64,000 nt of DNA from a virus (Duplodnaviria > Caudoviricetes): positions 32,001 through 96,000 of IMG/VR virus record IMGVR_UViG_3300010340_000454; one strand, given 5' to 3'. The notes below the pieces were generated by a model. That model worked only from the letters and a program-made list of their open reading frames with translations. It did no database searches and was not told the DNA's origin. The number at the start of each line of letters is the position of its first letter. Position 1 is the stretch's first letter. Of the stretch, positions 48,792-56,366 are shown piece after piece. Both the position numbers and the translations under genes were made by a program.

Positions 48792-48814
48792 TAAACTCCA
48801 AGGAGTAAGTCAAA

Positions 48815-49900
48815 ATGAAAGTAAAAGTAACTACAGAAAGTTTTATTAACGCCTTAAAGGACGTGCAAAAAGTAGCGCCTTCGGAAACAATAAATATAAC
48901 GGCGTCTAGCAAAGCGTTAACCCTGTCCTCATCCTCAACAGGTGCCTCTATTTGTGTTATTGTATCCGGGGCTAAAGTGGAGTCTAAAGGCTACTGCGCG
49001 GTGCCTGTCGCTACTTTAGAAGGTGTCCTTAAGAAGCGTAAAGACGTAGTATTCGAGTTGCATAAGGATGAGCTTCAATTCAAAGCAGGCTCTGCTACTA
49101 GCTACGCAGGTAAGCTAACGACAGTTCCTTACCAAGAAATTAAAATAGAAAAAGAAGAATCCATATTAAAGCTAGACGAAGAAACTTTGTCCAAGCTTTC
49201 TGAAATTATTTCCAACGTAGCCTTAAATTCAGTCAACTTAAAGAAGCAGGATATCCTACCTATCTGTGTTCGCCTGTCGGATGAAGGTATTGAAGCCTCG
49301 TGCGCGTCACGCAATCACATGGCTTACGCACATTTCCATAAGAAAACATTTAAGAAGACTAACGAATTTTGTGTAGAACCCTCAATCCTGCCTCTTATTG
49401 AATCGGTAAGCCGCAAATCCGCCTACAAGTTAGCGGTGACCGACAATTCTGTTTTCGCGGAAAGCGACACCTTTCAGATTAGATTCGTAACCCAACAGTT
49501 AGACCGCTTTGTAAAATTACAAACAGTAAAAGACTTCCTTAAGAATCGCCCTAAGGCCGAGGCAACCATTAAAGCTAAATCCGAGGACGTAGTAGCAAGC
49601 TTTCAGAATATGTTGTCTCTATACGAGCAGAATAGTTTTATTGAGGTCACTTGCAAAGATAACACACTGAAAGTAGCTACTAAAACCAAGTTTGGAGCCG
49701 CCTCAGAAAATCTTAAAGGGGAAGCAAAAGGCGGCTTTAAAAAGCCTTACGGAGTGCATCCTAAAGTATTTGATGATCTGCTAGTAAAGTGTAAGGCAAA
49801 CACGATAAAAATAGGATTTCACGATGGGACCTCTATCTCTATAGACCAGTCCAAATCAGACGTAGATTACTCCTACTCCTGTTCTACCACAAAACTATAA
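48815..49900 (+). CDS. DNA sliding clamp (DNA polymerase III beta-like)
   Basis: 361 aa with a three-domain alpha/beta pattern of beta clamps, in the replication cluster. Confidence 0.75.
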   Translation: MKVKVTTESFINALKDVQKVAPSETINITASSKALTLSSSSTGASICVIVSGAKVESKGYCAVPVATLEGVLKKRKDVVFELHKDELQFKAGSATSYAGKLTTVPYQEIKIEKEESILKLDEETLSKLSEIISNVALNSVNLKKQDILPICVRLSDEGIEASCASRNHMAYAHFHKKTFKKTNEFCVEPSILPLIESVSRKSAYKLAVTDNSVFAESDTFQIRFVTQQLDRFVKLQTVKDFLKNRPKAEATIKAKSEDVVASFQNMLSLYEQNSFIEVTCKDNTLKVATKTKFGAASENLKGEAKGGFKKPYGVHPKVFDDLLVKCKANTIKIGFHDGTSISIDQSKSDVDYSYSCSTTKL

Positions 49901-50340
49901 TGAAGCTACATAATAAGGTGTTTTCCCTACCTGAGCTATACATTACTGAAACCTTCCAACGCATGTTAATAGATAAAAAACAATGCGTGTTATATACCAA
50001 AAAAGATTTATCTATGCACGCTAGTCTAGTACTAAACTATATGGAACATATCACAATACCTTTTCTTAGCGTTTATGAAATAAATGCTGAATGCGTCGAC
50101 GGCATAACGGTAGGCTACCTATTCGAGGTTCACTCGAAAAAAATATCACATAGCTACAATTTTTTTGCAGTTACAAGCCTAAAAAAGTCCGAGCTTAGCC
50201 TGACTGAAATGAAGAAAGCGAAGATAGCTTTAGACCTTAGATTTAAAATAAAAGGGTTAAAGCTTTATGCCTTGGATGCCACAGGAGTATTAGTTACGTG
50301 TGGCTTTAATGAAGACTTAAAGGAAATTTTGGAGTTCTAA
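49900..50340 (+). CDS. Hypothetical protein
   Basis: Coupled to the clamp gene by a TAATG overlap. Confidence 0.6.
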   Translation: MKLHNKVFSLPELYITETFQRMLIDKKQCVLYTKKDLSMHASLVLNYMEHITIPFLSVYEINAECVDGITVGYLFEVHSKKISHSYNFFAVTSLKKSELSLTEMKKAKIALDLRFKIKGLKLYALDATGVLVTCGFNEDLKEILEF

Positions 50341-51030
50341 ATGTCTGCAAAAAATGTAGCGAAGAAAGCAGCTTCTAAGGCTAAGCCTGCAAAGATAGGG
50401 CTCTCCGAGCTGGAGAGTGCCTACAAGGTCATTGTAGATTATTTACAATCGAATACGTCCGAGTATGACAACAAAAACAATCTGAATGGAACTCCTAACC
50501 TAGCAGCTAAGTCTCTTATGGAAAGGGCCAAAAGTGATTTAGAAATTTCTAAGGAGCTTCGGCAATCCCTACAAAACCTTCAGTACATCGCCAGAGACAC
50601 AGGCGAGGCAGACGTTGTGGTTCATGGGCCTATTGAGCTACATAGTATATGTCCTAGTCACTTGATGCCTACTTCATACGAAGCTTACGTATCGTATGTG
50701 CCGAATCCGCAGGACGGTTACGTTGTTGCCACACCTAGCCTATATCAGGCGGTCGCGGCCCTAGGCAGACGCGCCGTTATACATGCCAAGCTTGCCTCAG
50801 ATATTGTAGACGTTCTATGTAAGCCAGCTAAACCCAATTTCCCTTCTATAGAAACTGCTGGTGCTGCTGCACTATTGTTAAGCACATCACCGTGTGTTGC
50901 ATGTAATAAGGAAATGTCTGAGGTGACTTCACTAACTTATGTGTTTAGAGGCGTATTTAAAAATAAAGATATGGAAGCCAAGTTCTATCAGGCTATCAAT
51001 AACATCCAAACATCGAGGCCGAAGCGTTGA
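50341..51030 (+). CDS. Degenerate GTP cyclohydrolase I (FolE)-like protein
   Basis: GTP, IELHSICPSHLMP, YVSYVP, GRR, SPC and FRGVF align with FolE, but substrate residues are altered. Confidence 0.8.
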   Translation: MSAKNVAKKAASKAKPAKIGLSELESAYKVIVDYLQSNTSEYDNKNNLNGTPNLAAKSLMERAKSDLEISKELRQSLQNLQYIARDTGEADVVVHGPIELHSICPSHLMPTSYEAYVSYVPNPQDGYVVATPSLYQAVAALGRRAVIHAKLASDIVDVLCKPAKPNFPSIETAGAAALLLSTSPCVACNKEMSEVTSLTYVFRGVFKNKDMEAKFYQAINNIQTSRPKR

Positions 51031-51302
51031 AAAAATCGACTGCCCAAGACCTGTTACCTTTGATTGAAAAAATTCAACACCTATTAAACAAAGACGCCTT
51101 TAAGGAAATTGAATCTCTGCTACTAGAAAAAACAGAAAACATAGGAAGCCTAACCTTAGAGGAAATACTTACTTACCTGCGTTGTACTTTTTCCAAACGT
51201 CACTACTACTCAGAAGCTTGGGAGATTTTTAAGGAAGCAGCCATTGACGAAGTGCAACAGTCTAATATAAACCCAAGCGATATATTTATAGGTTTACTGT
51301 AA
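51027..51302 (+). CDS. Hypothetical protein
   Basis: TTG start overlapping the upstream stop; GAGG RBS. Confidence 0.55.
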   Translation: MKKSTAQDLLPLIEKIQHLLNKDAFKEIESLLLEKTENIGSLTLEEILTYLRCTFSKRHYYSEAWEIFKEAAIDEVQQSNINPSDIFIGLL

Positions 51303-51305
51303 AGT
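51295..51305 (+). promoter_or_regulatory. Putative motif B (TACTGTAAAGT)
   Basis: Exact 11-mer overlapping a stop codon, starting 29 nt before ATG 51324. Confidence 0.55.
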
Positions 51306-51323
51306 GAGCTAGAGGTAATAATT

Positions 51324-51857
51324 ATGGGAATGTCGCAAGTAAAGCGGGTCTTGAAGAAAGACCCAGCCTTCCTCAAGTTTAAGGAAGTTGCGGAGTATTG
51401 CAAAACCGTAGCAGAGTTCGACAACCTAGTTAAAGAAATGGAAAACATGCACCAGGCTAGGAAGTCTAGAGCGCTGTATCTAGGAAAGCCTAAGCTAAAA
51501 ACACTTATGGATGCCTCTCTGCAAGGTACCGCATTCCGCTCGCGCTGCGTGGAAATTATGATTAACGTAATGAAGGCACAACGCACAATGGAGGCCGCTA
51601 TCGACCGTATAGAAGCCCACATAATGGCAAGCTACAAGGACGAACTCGGCGTAAAGTCTCAGGCAGATAGAAAAACCGTTATCAAGGCGCTGCTACAGAA
51701 AGAGTATTACAGGTTAGCAGACTACAACCGAATAATTGAAATGGCGCAGGCCTTGATACATGACCTAGACCAATGGATGTGGACGGCGAAACATACTCTA
51801 GACGCATTAAATATCCTGTACACAAGGGAAAGCATATTAGGACAAAAGAAATTGTGA
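51324..51857 (+). CDS. Helical hypothetical protein (possibly UvsY-like)
   Basis: All-helical 177 aa near the UvsW-like helicase. Confidence 0.45.
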   Translation: MGMSQVKRVLKKDPAFLKFKEVAEYCKTVAEFDNLVKEMENMHQARKSRALYLGKPKLKTLMDASLQGTAFRSRCVEIMINVMKAQRTMEAAIDRIEAHIMASYKDELGVKSQADRKTVIKALLQKEYYRLADYNRIIEMAQALIHDLDQWMWTAKHTLDALNILYTRESILGQKKL

Positions 51858-51864
51858 GGTCACA

Positions 51865-52125
51865 ATGAGGCTGACTTATGTGGTAGCAGAGTCCGACGAA
51901 CAATTTAATTGCTTCAAAGACTCAAAAAAGTATAGAGATAAAGGCTGCTGTATACGGCTTACCGACAGTTGCCAGATACGAGGCCAGTCCTCGCCTGAAG
52001 TTGTGGTTTTGTCTAAAGACGTTCCAAATTACGTAGAGATAGAAAGGGTTGTCAAGCTAACAAAAATAAGTAAGAATGAACACCACCTCCCTCTCGAAAT
52101 CCTGCCAAAAGAATTGTACCTGTAA
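51865..52125 (+). CDS. Hypothetical protein
   Basis: GAGGT RBS. Confidence 0.55.
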   Translation: MRLTYVVAESDEQFNCFKDSKKYRDKGCCIRLTDSCQIRGQSSPEVVVLSKDVPNYVEIERVVKLTKISKNEHHLPLEILPKELYL

Positions 52126-52157
52126 TTTCCTCGCACCCAAATCTTCTAGGACGTACC

Positions 52158-53744
52158 ATGCTAAAAGCTTACATAAAAGACAGAATTTATCTGCCTATTA
52201 AAGCAGTAGACCTAGACAAACTTAGAGACCAGTACGTAGTTAAGCAATACCAAGAAGACAGGTGTGCAAAATGCCCCTTCCTACAGGACCGACACTCCGA
52301 TACTTGCGATGACTGCCCTGCCTACTTAGGTGAGTTCCAGCTTTTTAATGAAAAGCAGCACAACGGAAAGGGATATGTAGGTCTCTCTATTGGTCAAACC
52401 AAGAAGTTTAAAAAAGTTCTTAAAGTAGATAAAGACGAAATACGGTTCAAAGACTCTAGAACGGCTACAAAGTTTAAGCATAAGATTAAGTTTACAGGCA
52501 CTTTATACGATTACCAGAAGCCCGCGATCAAGCGCATGGTCGAGAAAGGCTACGGCGTCTTACAAGCACCGCCTCGCAGCGGTAAAACCGTTATGTTTAC
52601 CGACATAATGTGCGAGCTTGGTGTAAAGACGCTAATCATTGCGAACCAATACGACTATCTAGAACAATTCTATGAAACCATGTGTGGGTCGGACACACAG
52701 AAGCCTCTAACCAACATCCCAGATATTGAGGCAGATACTAGACGGAAAATTTGCGGTATCTGCAATTCAGTTGAAGACTTTGAAAAGTATGACGTTTGTT
52801 TAGCAACGTACCAGCAGTTTATTAACGATAAGAAAGGCAAGAAGCGCCTTAAGCAAATCAAAAAATTGTTCGGCCTAGTTCTAATAGACGAATGCGACCT
52901 AACACCGGCTGAAGCCTACTCTCGCGTTATAAATCAGTTCCAATCCAAATATAGAATGGGTTGCACAGGTACAACAGACCGCAAAGACGGCCGCTACTTC
53001 CTAGTAGACCACTTGCTTGGTCCTACGATGTATACAGTAGAAGTCGAGACCTTGACGCCTCGCGTGGAGTTCATAGAAACAGGAACCGTTATTTCGCATG
53101 ATTACAAGGTGCTTGCATACGCCTATCGCGCACTCGCTAATGATACAAAGAGGCATGATTTAATCTTAGACTGGATTGAACACGATATTAAGAATGGACG
53201 TTCTATCGTTATTCCTGTAGCAACCGTAGATCAGTGTAAACGAATAGTTGCAGACATTAACTCAAGATTCGGAAAAGAGATTGCCTGTGCATTCACACAA
53301 GCTACCGCTAAGAAAAAAGAAAACCGCAAAAACATTATCCTTAAAGCCAGAAAAGGCAAGTACAAGCTAATTGTTGGCATACGTAAAATGGTGCAACGCG
53401 GCATCAATGTACCTGCTTGGGATACACTGTACGAGATAACTCCTATCAGCAACTCACCAAATTTCCGTCAGGAAACCTCGCGTATTCTAACGCCGCTTGA
53501 AGGTAAGCCTCAGCCTATAATACGCTTCTTCCTAGACGACTTCGGGCTTTCTCGCGGCTGCCTACGAACTTGCCTGTATAATGATGGCATCTTAGCTATG
53601 AAGTTTAAAGTAAGCAAAGAAAACTGGGATAGGGCCCGTCGTTATACTCCACCTAAGGGTAGGGTCGTAGACATTGCCAAGATGACTCCAGATGGCGCAG
53701 TAAAGATAAAGAAGAGAACCAAACAAAAAATTGGGAAACTATAA
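52158..53744 (+). CDS. SF2 DNA helicase (UvsW-like)
   Basis: LYDYQ, PPRSGKT, DECD, TGT..RKDG, RGINVP and Q..SRILT motifs; N-terminal CxxC..CxxC. Confidence 0.9.
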   Translation: MLKAYIKDRIYLPIKAVDLDKLRDQYVVKQYQEDRCAKCPFLQDRHSDTCDDCPAYLGEFQLFNEKQHNGKGYVGLSIGQTKKFKKVLKVDKDEIRFKDSRTATKFKHKIKFTGTLYDYQKPAIKRMVEKGYGVLQAPPRSGKTVMFTDIMCELGVKTLIIANQYDYLEQFYETMCGSDTQKPLTNIPDIEADTRRKICGICNSVEDFEKYDVCLATYQQFINDKKGKKRLKQIKKLFGLVLIDECDLTPAEAYSRVINQFQSKYRMGCTGTTDRKDGRYFLVDHLLGPTMYTVEVETLTPRVEFIETGTVISHDYKVLAYAYRALANDTKRHDLILDWIEHDIKNGRSIVIPVATVDQCKRIVADINSRFGKEIACAFTQATAKKKENRKNIILKARKGKYKLIVGIRKMVQRGINVPAWDTLYEITPISNSPNFRQETSRILTPLEGKPQPIIRFFLDDFGLSRGCLRTCLYNDGILAMKFKVSKENWDRARRYTPPKGRVVDIAKMTPDGAVKIKKRTKQKIGKL

Positions 53745-53745
53745 A

Positions 53746-54408
53746 ATGGCACGCGATAGTCTAAAAATATGTTTAGATAAGCGTAATACAATAGCTACTA
53801 AGCAAATGGTAACCAGAGGACTTCCTAAGTCTATTCTATCGTACCCTTCTTTCCGCCTTGAGGACAAAGCTGCCTCTTTCGTTTCTAAGGTAGAAGGTCT
53901 CCGAGAGAAGCGTATTGAGAAAGGTAAGCAAGTAGACAGCATAAAGAAAATGATAGAAGACCCTTTCTTAGGGCCTTATGTCGCCTGCATTAGTGGTTCT
54001 CCACATGATGTTAACGCTAAACTGCTAGGCGCGTACATAATGATGCAAGCTGTAATAATGCAGATGAATAAGGAAGAACTTCCTAAAAAACAGCAGAAGA
54101 GGCTTAAAGATAAAAGTTTTCCTATCTGGCACAACCTGTATGGCGGGTTCGACAATCCGTTAGTGACTAAAGACAACAACTCTATCCATAAGCCTAGCCT
54201 GATTATTATTTCTAACGTAACAATTGATAGTACAGGCCCTAAGATAGAAAAGCTTCGTGACATTCTGGAAGCTTATTCCTCAGTACCTAGAATTGTGATT
54301 GCATCTGGCACTGACCCTTTAACGCTGTTTCATTCCAGACTATATAGCAACCTGAATTTTTGCTGCCACTTAGGCTCATCTTTGACCAAGAAATCCCACG
54401 TGTTGTAA
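53746..54408 (+). CDS. Hypothetical protein (possibly a degenerate helicase-loader fold)
   Basis: Precedes DnaB; alpha/beta pattern without an intact Walker A; ATG 53746 preferred. Confidence 0.45.
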   Translation: MARDSLKICLDKRNTIATKQMVTRGLPKSILSYPSFRLEDKAASFVSKVEGLREKRIEKGKQVDSIKKMIEDPFLGPYVACISGSPHDVNAKLLGAYIMMQAVIMQMNKEELPKKQQKRLKDKSFPIWHNLYGGFDNPLVTKDNNSIHKPSLIIISNVTIDSTGPKIEKLRDILEAYSSVPRIVIASGTDPLTLFHSRLYSNLNFCCHLGSSLTKKSHVL

Positions 54409-54421
54409 ACGAGGAAATCAA

Positions 54422-55765
54422 GTGAAATTGCATAACGCGGACCTTGAGCTATCAGTTCTCTACTCCATCTGTGAGAGCGATTCTAAGGTAAAGGCTAAAC
54501 TTCTTGCTAACACAGGCCCTAAGTATTTCTTTAATGACCACACCAATGAAGCTGTCAAACGCATTATGGCTTTGGTTAAGGTATCCGATGAAATACCTTC
54601 ATTCTCCGAACTGACTAGCGATCCAGTACTATCTGAAACGACTAGAAAAAAGCTGAAGAAGTACAAAGGAGAACCTATCACTGAGAAAAAATTCCGTAGA
54701 CGCTTAGGCCAGCTTCAGCAGTATTATCAAGTTAGGGAACTGTACTTCCTAAGCGAAGGCCTAAACAAGGCGTTACAACAGGAAAAAGTAGACGTACCTG
54801 ATCTTCTAGAACAAACTGCGGATAAGCTAACCAATGCCCGAGTTCGCAGGGACCTGAAGCAAGAGATACACCACATCGGCAAGTCTAATAACTCTGCGGA
54901 TATTGTTAAGCGCCTCTTATCCAAAGAGAAGCCTAACTTGGTTCCGACAGGGTTTTCTCCATTTGATAACGTTAATGGCGGAATCGCGTATGGTGGTCTG
55001 TTTGGCTTAGGTGGTCCTGCTGGTGGTGGTAAGACGTCCTTAGCAATTCAGTTAGCTATGAACATGAGTGAGCTAGGGCGCGAGGACGTAGCTTATGTAC
55101 CACTAGAAATGGATGAAGATGAAACCATGGAACGCATCCTGGCTAACAAGTCAGGAGTTAAGTTGAACCGAATTAAACAACGTATTACCACAGAAAAAGA
55201 AGACAAGATTATTAAACGCGCCTATAAAAAGCACGTTAAAGGTTTGAAGGAAGATAAGACACGTTTCACCATATTCTCCCCATCCGAGGATATGACTATT
55301 GAGGAAATACTTCTAACGCTAAAGCCGTACGGGCACCGGGTAATTATCATTGACTACCTTACACTTTTGAAAGGCGTAGACAGCGACGCAGGCGGGGAAA
55401 AGCAATGGCAGAAGTTGTCTCAAGTAGGCCGCTATTGCAAGATTTGGGCAAAAGCAAATAAGACTGTAGTAATTCTCCTAGCGCAGGTTAATGACGAAGG
55501 TGCTTTACGCTATTCTCAGGCCTTGAAAGAACACGCCAATAATCTATGGGTGTGGCCTGCTAATAAGGAAACGCGAGAGAACAAAGTTATGCGTATCTCT
55601 CAGATTAAAGCACGTAACCAGTCCTTGTTTGATTTTGAGCTTGGTTATGATGATGAGTTGTTCCAAGTATTCGACGTTAATAAAGCACCGGATTCCAAAG
55701 AAGAAGAGGAAACTTCAGGCAAGCCTGCGGAAGATGAGTACCTTGCTAGCGTAGACGAGGACTGA
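54422..55765 (+). CDS. dnaB: Replicative DnaB-like helicase
   Basis: PTGF..FD...GG, GPAGGGKT, LEM, IIIDYL, LAQ and KARN motifs. Confidence 0.92.
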   Translation: MKLHNADLELSVLYSICESDSKVKAKLLANTGPKYFFNDHTNEAVKRIMALVKVSDEIPSFSELTSDPVLSETTRKKLKKYKGEPITEKKFRRRLGQLQQYYQVRELYFLSEGLNKALQQEKVDVPDLLEQTADKLTNARVRRDLKQEIHHIGKSNNSADIVKRLLSKEKPNLVPTGFSPFDNVNGGIAYGGLFGLGGPAGGGKTSLAIQLAMNMSELGREDVAYVPLEMDEDETMERILANKSGVKLNRIKQRITTEKEDKIIKRAYKKHVKGLKEDKTRFTIFSPSEDMTIEEILLTLKPYGHRVIIIDYLTLLKGVDSDAGGEKQWQKLSQVGRYCKIWAKANKTVVILLAQVNDEGALRYSQALKEHANNLWVWPANKETRENKVMRISQIKARNQSLFDFELGYDDELFQVFDVNKAPDSKEEEETSGKPAEDEYLASVDED

Positions 55766-55766
55766 T

Positions 55767-56366
55767 ATGGAAAACCCTTTCGGTAATTTAGCTCCTATTA
55801 TACCTGCTATTATAGACATAGACCCTGAAAACTTCGACACCAAAGTGTTCGCTACTAACAAAAAGAAGAAGACTAAGGAAATTTATGACCCCGCTAAGCC
55901 GAAATCCCGGTTTTTCTCTGACAAGAGAGGCTCTCGCTTTTTAGAGATTAAGGCCCGCAGAAAAACCTTACGAGAACTTAGGCAGGAGTGGGAAGCCACT
56001 ATTCGTCCTAAGGATGAAATTATTGAGGAAAAGGTAGAAGTCAAAGTATCTAAAAAAGAAAAAGCAGACTTTTTGGAGGCTCTTCATAAGAACACTGACA
56101 GCCTACACCAATTCTTTCTAAAAGAAATTCTGCCTGTATACACCGCTATTGACCCTGCATTACGCCAAACCGTAGAGTCGGCTTCACACATCGTAGGAGA
56201 TGATGCGGATTTATACCTTAGCGACGACCTACTAAATATGATTGACGACGCTATTAACCTTAAAGTATTCCATTTCATTTGTGATAAGCTCTTTGTGGAC
56301 GAAAAAACCAAGAAGCTAATACAGTCCCGGTACTTTACTCCTGTTGAACGGAAGCCTAAAAAATGA
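55767..56366 (+). CDS. Hypothetical protein (terminase small subunit candidate by position)
   Basis: Overlaps the start of the large terminase. Confidence 0.45.
   Translation: MENPFGNLAPIIPAIIDIDPENFDTKVFATNKKKKTKEIYDPAKPKSRFFSDKRGSRFLEIKARRKTLRELRQEWEATIRPKDEIIEEKVEVKVSKKEKADFLEALHKNTDSLHQFFLKEILPVYTAIDPALRQTVESASHIVGDDADLYLSDDLLNMIDDAINLKVFHFICDKLFVDEKTKKLIQSRYFTPVERKPKK

Noticed and set aside
47211-51030. A functional 7-deazaguanine DNA modification cluster
   Set aside because: Catalytic residues are missing and no QueC, QueD or DpdA is recognisable here, so gene symbols were withheld.
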